Shown here one piece after another: positions 35,252-48,904 of a stretch of 64,000 nt of DNA. The notes beneath the pieces were generated by a model, which was not told the origin of the DNA, made no database searches, and saw nothing but the letters and a program-made list of their open reading frames with translations. Made by a program: the position numbers and the translations under genes. Location of the stretch: positions 31,126,001 through 31,190,000 of the forward strand of contig CM097885.1 in assembly GCA_044892525.1 (NCBI GenBank). Reading direction: 5' to 3'. Each line of letters opens with the position of its first letter. Position 1 is the stretch's first letter. This DNA is from Schmidtea polychroa (lineage: Eukaryota).

Positions 35252-37009
35252 CAGTAAATATTAAATTTTTAGGCATTTATCTTGTAAGGAATTTCACCAT
35301 TAAAATTTTGTATGATACCAAAAATAATAAAATTAATTTATATATCGTTTTTTATTTACTTTATCTACTTTCATAGTACTTATTTTTAAACTCAATGTAC
35401 GACTTCCTAACATCAATTTCTTTAATATGCAACAAATTATCCAGTATTTTTAAATAATAATTTACAGATTCAATCCTAGATGCTTCCGATATATCACAAA
35501 GGATTTCATTGAGACAAAATAAGGATTCATCATAAATAGGATCATCTTTCACCACACAGTCTGAAGCAATTAAAATATCAAACAAAACTTCAGTTTCTTC
35601 TTTTTCTAAATCTGTATTCTAAAGCTTCCCTTTCATTTTTTCAAACTTTTCCCAACAATTCAAATACGTCCCAGGAAGAACCTTATTGATAGACTCTCTT
35701 ATCCAATAACATACGTCTAGCAATTTCAAGGAACTAAAACAAGATTTTATATCCGTACTATTATCAATTATCATATTTGTAACAAAGTTATTGACATATT
35801 CAGAATACTTAGACTTGATATCGTTAATTATGCCTAGATCTAGAGGCTGTAAGATTGATGTGTATTAGGTGGCAAAAATAACAGTTTCACGTTCGAAAAT
35901 ACACCAACCTCGTGGCCTTTAAAATTATCGCATAATATTAGGATTTTTCTATCCTGTATGATCATTTGGTCATTTAAATCGTTTATATATTTAAAAAAAA
36001 TATCTTTGGAAAGCCAAGAAGATGTGTTGTTAGCATATTTTAGGTTGTAATTATCTGGTTTCTCGTTTTTGAAAGCCATGGGGGGTTTCCTTTTCCTATG
36101 ATTAATGGTGTAATTTCATCGCCGTATTTATTAAAACATAATAAAAGCGTAATTCTTGTTTTATCGGTTTTAATACTTTTTCTGTCATCTTCATCCATCA
36201 GAATGCAACTTCTTCTACCAAAATTCTTGATATATAGACCAGTCTCATCTAAATTTTAAATATCTTTTTCGTCATAATATTTATTTATAGCTTCAAACTC
36301 CCAAAAAAATCAAGAATCTTGCCTGTCATAGCAGATTTTGCCTCTCCACAAAGGAATTTAAATGCCACATTGTATTTTATTTTCTAAAACCTCTTATAAA
36401 GTATGGTGTGATGTTCACACGGCAAAATGGTGTTATTGATTTATATTTTTTTGCCAATGATATCAAGTTCCCCATTAAAACATTGCCACCTGCATTTCGA
36501 ATCTGCCTGATACCATCATGCATGTATTGATCAATGTTCAATAGCTTGATTTCTCCTGCTTTACATAAATTAAAAGTATCCAATGTTGGATCATCACTTT
36601 CCAGGTTTAAAAGCTCCTGCGAAAATTTGATTGCTGTTCTAATAACTTTTTGTGATACATTAAGTTCTTTTTCGATATCACACAAAGCCTTTTTATCCTT
36701 TTTATATGTTTTGGCAATTTCTCTTTTTATTCTTTTGCTGTAAGTTTTACTTTTTTTCTTATTTAAGTTCATAATGAAGATTGCCTTAAATTTTTATTAA
36801 AAATTGATTTTTTATAGGTAAATATATACTCTGTTAAATTTTAAGTAAAATAATGCCTTAAAATTTTAACATGGCCTAAAATTTTATTATAAATCGCAGA
36901 AAAAAAAACGATATATAAATAAATTTTATTATTTTTGACATCATACAAAATTTTAATGGTGAAATTCCTTTCTTACAAAATAAATGCCTTAAAAATTTAA
37001 TATTTACTG
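35252..37009 (-). mobile_element. pogo/Tigger-like element at the centre of the inverted duplication
   Basis: Ends CAGTAAATATTAAATTTTTAGGCATT / AATGCCTTAAAAATTTAATATTTACTG with about 100 bp of inverted homology around a transposase relic. Confidence 0.7.
35361..36772 (-). pseudogene. Frameshifted pogo/Tigger (DDE_1) transposase
   Basis: HTH-like N-terminus, LCGEAKS, NLDETGLY, KTDKTRITLLLC, YANNTSSWL, RKILILCDNFKGH, LLFLPPNT across several frames. Confidence 0.85.
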
Positions 37010-40000
37010 TCTATTTTTGTGCCCTAAATATCGCACACTACTAATTATTTTCATAAGAAATGCATTTTGTGCACAGTGACAGTGCTTGGTTAACAAAGAT
37101 AGCGAATGATTAACAAGAACATATATCGTTAACAAGGAACGTGTACGCATAATGTCATCATCATTATTTTATATGAAATATACATACACTTAACAAGGTG
37201 AATGCTCTTTCAATACATGGACGAAAAAGAGATTCGGTAAATCACGAATAGGCAATCGAATTTATAGTAATTTGCCAACAAATAGAGGTCCCAATATTTC
37301 TCTAGTTTTGGCAATATCCAAAGATGGGCCAATCCATTCACAAATTATTATTGTCTCTTTTAAAAATGAATCATATCAGTCATTTATAACCGAATTGACA
37401 GAAAATTTATCAAAATATTGGAAAATATACGCTATATACATGAAGTTTAAGGCAATAGAGCACGAATGCATTAGAAGAAAAAACTCATTAATGTTAAGTG
37501 ACTTTAATAAATTCTGGTTATCAAACTTAGGAGAAAAGTCTGAGTTTTAATTTATTTGAAAATAAATCATGATTTCAAATTAACTGATAATTCGTTTTTG
37601 CATGTTAAGCGCATACAAAATTGTAAAACTTCATGATTCCTCGTTTATAGGGTTCGTAGTAACATTTTTTTGATGGACAACATTCTTCACACAATCCAGG
37701 ACTAAGTGTATTACCTAATAAATATTAATTGAATATATAAGAAAAAAAAATAAATCCATTAAAAAAAGTCAACTGAAAAATAAAGTTCTCAATCAACATT
37801 ACCATAATTCTACAGGATTTGCAATGGGTTCCTGACTTACCAACTGTTGATTATATAATAACCAAATGTTACAGATTTGATTTGTAGAAATGCCGAAAAA
37901 GTAAATTTGCAACTTATCCAAAATCTGAATGAAAATTGAAATTTCTAATTGAATGTGGATTTCCAGTGTAAATATTACATGATCTCACAAACATGGTAAA
38001 TTAATATTATTTTTTTAATATTTTTTTTAATTTTGAGTCTTACATCTTCCACAGCCGCCACATATTTACATAAAAACCATCCGTTGAAGAGATAAAACGA
38101 AGTGCATTGTCGAAAATTTCATAAAGTTATTCGTTAGATAAATGCATTACATTTAGTGTAAAAAATATCGATGAACTATATTAATAGATTGACAAGGACT
38201 ATCTTATAGTCGAAAATCTTTTCATTCAAAACATTATTCGCTGCAAAAGGCTTAAATTATCACTTTATTGTTTTATAATTTATAATATAAATAACATTTT
38301 TATTTATTAATTGCATCAAAACGATGACATTAATTTAAATTAGGATGAAGCAAAGTTGAATACACTCAACTCTTTTTTACACAATTTCGAAATAACACGG
38401 TCCAGAAAAAGAACAATTACTCATTTTTTGTACGATTTATTCGATCTAACACGAATTCCAAAATAATTTTATAATTAAAAAACGTTTATGCCACGCATGA
38501 CAGTTAATACTTGTTTAAAGCTGGAGACCTAGCAGTCTTGCATCATCAAACTCTTTGTAGTTAGCCCGTATGCTGCTAAATGGTTAATTACTTCATTGAC
38601 ATTTATTTTTGACTGGTTGACAATAATGTCATCAATATAACTATCCGTTGCTTTCTTGATGTCTTCTCTTAAACTCAGTACCTTCCGTAATATTGTTGAC
38701 ATTATTTGTAACTAACTAACTTTGTAACTAACAAAAACTCTTCGGTGCTCCCATAGGTCTTCATCAACATGGATCTGAAGATAGGCATTTTTAAGATCAA
38801 TTAACATAACCTGTTCGTATATCATTCGCCATCACCTTAATTAATCACCATATACGTCACTTTGTCCAGTATGACTACAAACATATTTATTTAGTTACAG
38901 GACGAACTTTTCCTTTGTTCACTTACTTTATTTTTTACTTACTCACGTAGCCAACACTTCATTCTTGCTTCTTGAAACAACGTACTTCTAGAGGGCCATT
39001 CTCTCCGCAATACAAGCATTTCTTTTGCTTGTCTTGTTTTCCCACGACAGCCGAACATAGTTCCATACTGTCACAGTTTACTAAAACACGGGACTGTTTC
39101 AAAACCTCAACAAGAGACATCTGCTAAATCTTGGCATTGGATCGTAACTGTTGTGACGACGCTGCTGGAAAACCCATGACGAATGAGCTCTTAAGTATGA
39201 CCTCGTTATCTATCTTGGTCAAAGATGCTAAGTTTTTGAGATCATTCAAATAGACATCGATTGGCTCATTGCACCACTTTCCTTCACGGAATCGGTCATA
39301 TGCTTGAAAAATATCTATCGAATAGACATCGATTAAGACATGTTCGATTTTCAATGTGTGTCCTGGTCCTCCGCGCTCAAATGCTGATATACTTCAAAAG
39401 CTGGATTTATTGAGGAATTATAAAGAATTATAAAGGAATTATTGATTCCAACTCCACGAGTTTTTGAATATTTGCTACTAGATTTACTTTCTGAATCCAG
39501 TTGAACGTCACTTTCTGCCTTCAGAATAGGTATCATGTTGTCCATGATATTGCCGCGATAGCTTGTAGTTTTATTGACCAAGAAGAAAAGAAACGTTTTT
39601 TAAATTCTATTTTATTCACAAATTCAGCATATTAAAACAAATTTAATTACGCAACGACATCAGTGATTTTGTTTGAATGTATGACAATTTTATTGGATTT
39701 TGAGTGAATGTACGTACTCAGATATTGAAATCCTTTCGTATGGCTACACTTTGGACGTTGAAACAATTATTCCTGAGAGTTTGCATGATTTTTTAAATGA
39801 ATTTTTGTTGGTCTTCAAAATAACGTGCCCACTGAGTTCAAAAGTTCAGAAGTTGATGCTCGATACATCATGTTCTTCATTTGAGACTTTTGAAGTTTTA
39901 TCGAATTGAGAATAAAAGTTATTTTTTAAATTTTTATTCAATGATTTCAAGATTTTTGAATTTTCACATATTACTTTTATAATTATTTGGAAATTTTTAA

Positions 40001-40238
40001 TTTATGAACCCCAACAAAATGGGTAATTTACGAAGATATAAAGGTATATAAAGGTAACAAAATTAAACCAGTAGAAAATGAATTAATCAAAATTTAACTA
40101 CTTACTATTTATCAGTAGAAAATGAATTAAGCAAATTTTATCTACTATTTATCTTTAGAAAATCAATTTTAACGAATAATTATGTAAAAATTATAAAATT
40201 AAGCCAATCAAAATAAATGAAATTTTATTTCAAAAAAT

Positions 40239-40687
40239 TTAATCAATAGGCATATCAGGATCAACAAATCGCCAAAGTTTGATCTGATAATCATCAGAAC
40301 CACTTGCTAATATAGCTCGTCCGTGCGTATTCGGTCTCCAAGAGCAACAATTAATATCTTCGTTGTGAGCATTGCGCAAAGTAGTGACCAATTCAACACT
40401 GACTCCGTTGTCAAGATTGCCTGATTGAACTGAATTGACATCATCGATACGGAATAAACAAATCGAGTTATCCGAGCCAGCTGTCGCCAGTAAATTCATA
40501 CAATCATGCCATGATAAATCAAAGATCACCCGTTCATGATAACCGTCGAGCACCGAAGCACAAATCCATTTAGTGTATTCTGTATTCATCGGCACCCATA
40601 AACGGATGGTTTTATCATCGCTACATGAAGCAAGAATGCTTCCATCATGATTAAATTCAGCAGTCCAAACAGTTGACAAATGGCCAG
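40239..40687 (-). CDS. CIAO1: CIAO1 exon 4 (last)
   Basis: AAG acceptor at 40688; TGHLSTVW..GSILASCSDDKTIRLW..GYHERVIFDLSW..NAHNEDINCCSW..LASGSDDYQIKLW; stop at 40239. Confidence 0.92.
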
Positions 40688-40735
40688 CTTTATATCGATA
40701 TTTATTATAACACTTATTGTCAACAATTTACTCAC

Positions 40736-40817
40736 TAAGACTGGCTTCTACTATCCAATCTTCCCCATCTTCCTTCATAATCTTTATTGTGTTGTCATAG
40801 CTACTTGACACAAGAAT
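40736..40817 (-). CDS. CIAO1: CIAO1 exon 3
   Basis: CAG acceptor, ILVSSSYDNTIKIMKEDGEDWIVEASL, GTGAGT donor; 48-bp intron follows. Confidence 0.9.
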
Positions 40818-41601
40818 CTGATTCAAAAAATTATTTATATAATGGCGAAATAGAGCTTAAAATCATTGAAAAAATCTCAGCATTAATTGGAGAACAGGCT
40901 GCATGGTTAAGTTAATAAATATGTCATATTAACTCGAAATTAAATTAAATTTTAACCAGCATTTAGATCAAGATCAGAATTTAATAAAAATCGTTTTAAT
41001 ATTCAAGTGGTAAAGCGCAGTTTTTGTTGTGGAATAAATTTTTATCGAGAAATTAACTCAGCTTAATAATTTTACAAAAATGCATTTGTTGATAACAATT
41101 AATAATCTTAAACAAGTAAATGACAATATAAGCCTTTTGCTGTAAAATATATATTGAATAAAATTTAAAAACTTTCGATTATTAAATATTTAAATACTTA
41201 AATAAACACGGTAAAGATTTTATTAATAAAAATCGCCATTCGTACATCTTTTTCACTATATATTTCGATAGCATCACTATCATCATCAGGTTACCTACAT
41301 TCACTACGGATGAATAATTATACTATATTGATAATATATAAACAAATTATAAAATCTATAAATTTTTTAAATTATAAATAACAATTTTAAACAATTATTT
41401 TTAAAATTAATTTTCAACAATCAATTATTTTAAACTTTTAAAATTATTTAAAAATTTTATTTTAATTATTTTTTTAATTATTTAACAACTATTATTCAAT
41501 ATACATCAACATACAAAAATTTAATTAAAAACATTCAACACACACGTATTCACTGCATTCTGCACATTGATTTTAGGATTAAAAGTTCTTATCAATAATG
41601 C

Positions 41602-41807
41602 TTCACATATCACACGCTCAAAACAATTATCATAATTTTTTGATAATATTTTAAAATCCGACATTCCTAATTCTCTCATACATAATTTATTATGATCTAT
41701 AATAAATCATTAGATCATAATAAAGTCTGTATGAGAGAATTAGGAATGTCGGATTTATTATAATATCAAAAAATTTTGATAATTGTTTTGAGCGTGTGAT
41801 ATGTGAA
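41602..41807. repeat. Inverted repeat (arms about 80 bp) in CIAO1 intron 2
   Basis: TTCACATATCACACGCTCAAAACAATTATC...CTCTCATACA versus its reverse complement at 41728-41807. Confidence 0.88.
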
Positions 41808-42435
41808 ACATAATTGAGATATAGAACCGCTAGTATCACATGTGATACAGAATTGCTCGTATCATATGTGACACATAATTGATACATAATTGCTCGTATC
41901 ACATATAATACATAATTGCTTGTATCGTACGTGACACATAATTGAGACATATAACTGCTTGTATCATATATGACACGTAATTGAGAGATATAATTGCTTG
42001 TATCATATATTATACATAATTGAGACAAATCACTGCTTGTATCATATATGATACATAATTGAGATATATAATAGCTTGTATCACATGTGACACATAATTG
42101 TGATATATAACTGCTTGTATCATATATGATACATAATTGAGACATATAATTGCTTGTATCATATATGATACATAATTGAGATATATAACAGCGTGTATCA
42201 TATGTGATACATAATTGAGACAAATCACTGCTTGTATCATATATGATACATAATTGAGATATATAACAGCGTGTATCATATGTGATACATAATTGAGACA
42301 AATCACTGCTTGTATCATATATGATACATAATTGAGACATATAAATGTTTGTATCACATATGATACATAATTGAGACATATAATAGCTTGTATCATATGT
42401 GATACATAAATGAGATATATAACTGCTTGTATGAG
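41800..42435. repeat. 39-bp minisatellite, about 16 units, in CIAO1 intron 2
   Basis: Unit TGATACATAATTGAGAYATATAACTGCTTGTATCATATR; explains the 13-aa repeat ORFs. Confidence 0.93.
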
Positions 42436-42488
42436 CATTTCATAGTTAATAGAATCATTTAATATTAATCAAATATTATTCTACTCAC

Positions 42489-42853
42489 GTCGATAATTGG
42501 ATGCCATTTTACTGATTTCACATCTTCGGTGTGTACAATAGTTTCCTGACAGTATGGAGAATTGATATCTTCAATTTCGAAAATTCGAACGGTTTTATCG
42601 CGAGCACAGCTGGCCAGATAATTTCCACTGGCTGACCAACTTACTGATTTGATTTCGTGTGAATGATCGGTGGGAAATTCTGTGGATTCGAACTCGAGTG
42701 GATCGCTGCAGACTATTTCTTCAATATATACAACGCCATCGAACCCACCAGAGGCTAAATAATTTCCACATGGAGACCAAGAGACACATCTGATTGTTCG
42801 AGTGTGTTTCCCATCCAGAACATTTATACAATTCCATTTCTGAGTTGAATTTG
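42489..42853 (-). CDS. CIAO1: CIAO1 exon 2
   Basis: CAG acceptor; [76 protein letters not shown] donor. Confidence 0.92.
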
Positions 42854-42905
42854 CTGATGAAAACCACGTAAATAATAATTATGTGATTTGTGAAATTAAG
42901 CCTAC

Positions 42906-43035
42906 AAAAAGACCATATTCGAACTGTTTTATCACCGCTACAAGATGCCAGAAGTGAACCATTAAAATTCCATGACAAATCCCATACACGATCGGTATGA
43001 CCACTAAGAGATTGAGTAAATTCAATGGTATCCAT
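42906..43035 (-). CDS. CIAO1: CIAO1 exon 1 (cytosolic Fe-S assembly WD40 protein)
   Basis: [43 protein letters not shown] donor at 42905, 52-bp intron, phases join. Confidence 0.92.
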
Positions 43036-44440
43036 TTGAGAAAAAATAACTAAAATAGAATATACTGGATAAAAAAATTTTTAAAAAATAAAATTATTTT
43101 TGAAAATAGATTATATAAATACATTTTCCAAATTTAACAACACTTACGATAAGAATTTATTTTGAAAATTAATTATTTAATTAATATTATTTAAACAAAT
43201 TTTAATTTAATTTGAATTTAAGCAATTAATTAAAGAATCATAACATAAATTAAAATTTGAGATGAAATATAACTATTACATTTCTTCATTATAAAGTGTA
43301 AAATATATTTCGAAGCATTTGCAAAGATTCATTGTAACAGTTCGATGTTTAATTTTATAGTGCAGAATGGATTTAATTAAACTTAAAACCTTTGAAATTA
43401 ATTAGGCAACAATTTTGTTCAACATGCGGAAACTAATATTCAAAAATTTGGTTTATTAATTTATAACACTCTTATAACCTGTTATATTTAACAATGTTCA
43501 TACTTCACTGTAAAATTTTTAATGTATTATAAGAACTTTTTTCCAATTTCACCACTGATTATTTTTTCATTTAATTTATTAAAAAGAGAATTTGAAGACT
43601 ACAAATCAGTAATATATCGATGTTTTTTGATACTCACAAATTTTCGGCACTGCCTTTTCAAGTAAATTTTGAATTCACTTGAAAAAGGGAGTTCCGAAAA
43701 TCAGAGTCGTAGCTAGGGAAAATTGCGCCGGGGCGAGATTGAAATTTGGCGCCCCTGGTACCAAAAGAATCCACCACTCCTATTTATTATTTACTTACAG
43801 GAATGGAATTGGTCTTGAAGAGTCAAATTAAGATGCAAAGCTATTAAAAGTACATGGTTCCCGCCGGCGGAGATGCAGATGCGCCTGAAACTCATTTCCC
43901 AGCTACAATTGCAGAGCGCATAAGATCAAGTCGAACTACTAGCTCTCCGCCTGAGGGTGAGGGAACTTGAGATCCGGGTACATCAACAGGAAATCGATCG
44001 AGATGTGATCGCCAAGATTCGACCTCTGACAGAATATCAGTCCGTATGCCGATGATGAATTAGGAGGGGTAGGGATGATAGCGTCGACTTATGAGAATGA
44101 ATTTCTAAACAATGAATATACTTTAGAATGTAATGAGATCGAGGTGGAGAATCGGAAGGTAGTCGACCACCTTAGTCATGACACATTTGACAGGTCACAA
44201 CGAAGAATTTTTTTACTATATTTTAGTATCTTGAATATATGCAATCTCTGTTTATCCGATGGATTCACTCAGTGGTTTGCACTCGGTATGAACATCACAT
44301 TTTAAAGAAATCTTTTTTAAAAATGGTTAGCAATTTGAATTTTAAAAGATATAGTCAAAATTCATTTTAAACAACATTTGAGTTATATTTTTACTTTTGT
44401 TTATATATAGCCTCTGCGAACAGAGCAAATAAATCTCAGT

Positions 44441-45286
44441 TTAAATAGAGTACAAATCATTGAAATGTGGCAAACGCCATAATTCTGGTTGAAATCTTTC
44501 TAAACTTTTAATAACCATTAAATTTTTATTAAAATTATGCAAAGATGGATCAGTTAAAGCATCTGGTATCCATACAACTTTCATTCCAGCTGCAAGGGCG
44601 GCATCTACACCGTCTGCAGTATCTTCAAACACCAAAATGTTAAAAGGTCCATTTGGTTTATTTTCAACAAACCTTGATGCTGCCAACTCATATATGTATG
44701 GATTAGGCTTGCATTGTCGAGCTTCAGGATCAGATCCATAGCATACAATATGGCTGAATTTGTCAAAAAGTAACTTGTGCTGATACTTTTTCATAATATA
44801 GTGTTCTTCTTTAAAATCGGTTACAACTGCCATGGGCATTTTATGATTTTGAAAATAGTTAAGCAAACGACTTACTGCGGGAAAGACTTCCTCAGTTTTT
44901 AAAAATTCTGGGCCCCATTTATCATAATCCTACATAAATTCTTTTTTAGAAATTGGCATTCCTAATTCTTTGATTACTATTTTAGGAATCCTTTCTATCC
45001 TTTTGTCTAGAAGCTTGAGTTTTACTGATAGAGGTATATGTATGTCATATGGAGAATATATTTTTTTAATCAGTTTATCCATAAACCGGTAATTATTTAA
45101 TATAACTCCATCTAAATCAAAAATAACATGAGTTATCGGAGCTTTGTATTGTTGTTCTGGTGTAAGTTCTTCTTTTTTCGGACTTTTATCCTTTTTAGAA
45201 CTTTTGTCGGTACTCTTCTTGGGACTTTTATCTTTACTTCCTTTTTTTGGACTCTTGTCTTTTTTTGGACTACTACTTTTAGGCAT
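44441..45286 (-). pseudogene. HDHD1: HDHD1/PUDP (Gs1-like) HAD phosphatase homologue with SPKK-rich N-terminus, interrupted by one in-frame TAG (44930-44932)
   Basis: ITHVIFDLDGV motif I, KPNPYIY motif III, FEDTADGV motif IV; the two listed ORFs share one frame: EFM*DYDKWGPEFLKTEEVFPAVSRLLNYF. Confidence 0.8.
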
Positions 45287-45375
45287 TATATAAAATTATT
45301 GATTTTCAATAAATATTATAATGATAAAATTAAAATACACTTGGCATGATCTTGTTAAAATCCTATAATATAGAG

Positions 45376-45633
45376 CAGTATTTTCCAAACCTTTCAGTTT
45401 TAGAGACGGATAGACAAATTTACAAATGCACCAAAGATTGATACCAATTTTATAAATTTTCTTTTTTTTTAAATGACTTCAAGTATATTATGAAATTTAT
45501 ATTTACATGCTTGCCTGGTCGATTTTATATGACGCTAACCTTTATATTCAGTTTCTTGACCCAAAGCGAATTCTGGGAATGTATGAATTACGAATGGGTG
45601 ACTGTTCCAGGACCACCGCTTTGGAAAATACAG
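45376..45633. mobile_element. Old hAT/Charlie-like MITE
   Basis: CAGTATTTTCCAAA ... TTTGGAAAATACAG; flanks ATATAGAG / ATATACTG (degenerate 8-bp TSD). Confidence 0.65.
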
Positions 45634-45795
45634 ATATACTGAATTTAATTTCAAATTACAGGTTGGATTATATTTTTTTTTGAAAATTTCTTTAAATTTT
45701 TTTTACAATGGTTAAATAATTTTGGAGTATAATTTGTAAATATTAAATTTTTTCAAAAATTCCGAGTCTTGTAAAAAAAATTATGAATATATACA

Positions 45796-45957
<162 letters not shown>

Positions 45958-46999
45958 CCTGTTAGAGACCCTTGGAGGCCCAGGTCTGACATCGTATGTG
46001 GCCACTAAATTTTTTGTTTTGTCTTTTGCTAGCACCACTTCCATAGGTCCTCTACATGTTTTAATTACCGCCTTAGTTTATTTATTTTTATTTATTATCA
46101 TTAATCAAAGCTAAACAAAAAAAATTACCCGTTTTCCCAATTTTATGTATATAGTTTAAAAGAATCCAATTATAGAGTTCAATTATTAAAAATATTAAAA
46201 CACTAACAACACTTTTAACTTTAAACTTTTAACATTATAATTTAATTATAATTAAACTTTTAGCTACTAATAAACTTTTATATAATAATTTGAACTCATG
46301 TAATAGCTCAAAGCCTAATATTCTGTAATAATTCTGTAATAATATTCTGTAATAAGTTATAGGCGGTAAATTATGTGAATTTTGCAATTGCGCAGCTATG
46401 ACGAGTAGAACTGGACATCAAGATAGGCTTGACCGAAAATACGGATGAAGAGCATCTGCATCGGCCGAACTCGTAGTGAAGGAAAGTATTGGAATCTTTC
46501 CAGCAACAAAATATCGAAGTGTCAGACTCAGTCAGATAGTATTATGGAGAACCACCACGGAAACACAAAATGAGCATAGCATTCATTGACTTTGGAAACT
46601 ATTTTAGTATAGATGTTTTGTTTTTAAATAAAATAATTTAGTTGATATTTAACTACTGAAATGGATGCTATTGCTTGTCGGTATACATGTTTTGTTTGGA
46701 CCTTGGATGGCACAGAGCACGTTAATAAATAGAGAATTTAATTAAATAATTAATTATAATATAGCAAAAATAATTAGCAGAGATCGCCCAACAACAGCCG
46801 TGAGCACCAAAGAGAAAACGTCCCGGTAAATCCGAACGGGCGCGGCTAAAGATAAGTCGAAAGATTTTGACATCAACTGACCCGCAATAATTAATGCGTG
46901 ATCTCGTGTTGCTTCGTGAATAAATTTCGTTATATATTCGAAGGGTTCATTAGTTATTCGTTAAGGGGTAAGATGATAATAGGAGCGGAAGCAAAAAGG

Positions 47000-47625
47000 G
47001 AAAGTGATCGCCACAACAGGAATTTAATGGAAAGACGGACACAGGCCTTCTATCGGCAGTCCATGGACTCGCTCGAGTGCCTGAAATTATAGTCTACAAA
47101 AAATGTCTTCAAAAGATTTAGAGCATTATGTAGGCCTACTGCATACAATTGTGAAAGGAATTGAATCAATTGACAATAACTTTGAGAGAAGTTCGAAAGT
47201 TGGCAAAGGATTGCTAAAGGACAACACATGCTACACTGAAATGCTCAATGATGCAAACGTTTTTGACATCCAGTGCCGCAAATACCCGCATATTCAAATC
47301 CTATTATTCAACAACCGTCAACACCAAGCAAAAGAATTAGATTCGTTGAAGGGTTAGATGACGAGGATCAACCTTCCTTCAATGATATTAATAAAGTTTT
47401 TAAAGCTAAAATATATTATTTTTATTTTATTTAACCTTCATTACGTATTTTATTTTAAAATTGAAACTGTTATATTTAGCCTAGTGCTACTGCGCAAATA
47501 ATTAATGATAGTGTAAACCAGTTTTAAGGTGTTTATATGTTGTAGCGAGTTGGAAAAAAGAAGTGACTCAAGTTGCGGCGGTGGTCTGGAACCATACTTG
47601 TCGTATTACCGAGGTATACGACAGG
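47000..47625 (+). mobile_element. 3' relic of a Tigger-like element
   Basis: ESIDNNFERSSKVGKGL..CYTEM resembles the Tigger transposase C-terminus; TIR-like CGTATTACCGAGGTATACGAC near 47605-47622. Confidence 0.5.
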
Positions 47626-48319
47626 CAGGAAAGTGTGCTAGACCAAGGACCAGATTTGACTTTTGTTTATCGGGTTCAATGTAATTAAATAATTTAGTTT
47701 AAATTCTTGTCATTAATATATGAAATGCCAAAGTCGGACGCGGCAATTTTAGCCATGACTCACAACTCAAAGAGGGCCTGAATAAAAGTCGGACACATAC
47801 CATCTAACAGCAGTCTTCGAACCCGTTCGAGGTACGCTCACTTTTCGCAAGTACTCACCCACTCGATACAGTTTCTACTAATGGGTATCAAGCGCTGCAT
47901 CATTCTTGTATTCTGGGTTACTCTGGAAACAGTTCGAAATGATAAAATGTGGATTACCTGTAACCCACCATTCTGAAGAATCTAAAAAATAATTTTAAAA
48001 TTTTGAAATGAAAGTATTAATTACTCTATTTTTGACAACTTGAAAGATTTCGAATTTTAAATAAATTGAAATATAATTGATAATATAATTTAAAATTTTA
48101 AAAATATATTTTTTTAAGAAAAACTAAAAAAAATTCTTTATAAAATTTTATAACTATATTTTTTCTATTTTACCCGATGATAAACTTTCGAAATATATAA
48201 AACGAAAAAATCAAATATTTATTTAATTTTTTATTAATTATTTTGAAAGAAAACCATTCGATATGATTATTTTTTCATTATATGAATATTTTGGTGAGTA
48301 AAATATAATCTCATAATTT

Positions 48320-48512
48320 AAAAAGTTAGTCATAAAAATAATAATCGCATATAAAATAAATAATATATAATAAGTTATTAGTGTAGTTTTATCTATATAT
48401 CTGTACAATATCTATACAATCTCGAAACCAAATATCATTGTGTATTTGATCCAACTTTATTATTTCCTTTTACTTCATTATTACATTTTACTAAACAATT
48501 CTTTTCCTGTAA
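48320..48512 (-). pseudogene. Degenerate duplicate of the 3' end of the adjacent kinase gene
   Basis: Aligns with 48940-49125 (TCATAAAAATAATAATCG..CAATCTCGAAACCARATATCATTGYGTATTTGATCCARCTTTATTATTTCC). Confidence 0.8.
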
Positions 48513-48904
48513 CACTTTGAAATCTAAAATAAGAATAATTTATGAAAAAAAGTTAAAAATATTAAAAATATTAAAATATTAAAAAAGTATTTTCGAATTC
48601 ATCATTCTAAGATATCGGCACCGTTCTGTAACTTTTGGGTGTCATGTGCAGACACGAAAAAATTTTTTTTAATTTTATTGCATTCAATTTTATTGATTTT
48701 AATTAAAATAAATAAAGCAATTTTTTTAGCCATTTTGCTGACAAATTCATTATTTTATTATTATTAAATTTTTTACAATATTTTAGTATATATTATATTA
48801 TATTATTCAAAATTAAGTAAGTCTAAAAAAAAGAAAAAAATTAAATAAAAAATTATTTTTATATAATGATTTGAAATTTATAATTTAAATCTTAGATTCT
48901 AAGA

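Larger units (their letters stand above)
30807..39580. repeat. Large inverted duplication: arms 30807-35353 (interrupted by a hAT) and 36901-39580
   Basis: Paired ORFs 31034(+)/39354(-) and 34989(-)/37272(+); continuous reverse-complement alignment with scattered substitutions and indels. Confidence 0.93.

Noticed and set aside
41690..42438. 229-aa and 142-aa repeat ORFs, and a CRISPR-like look of the palindromic array
   Set aside because: 39-bp tandem units with no unique spacers and no cas genes, inside a eukaryotic intron; ORFs are a by-product of the unit length
44880..44935. Intron removing the TAG in the HAD gene
   Set aside because: Frame and spacing are continuous without splicing; the nearest GT..AG (26 nt) would shift the frame
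47810..47850. tRNA-like TTCGAACCC / GTTCGA motifs (also near 52975)
   Set aside because: No cloverleaf or A-box context
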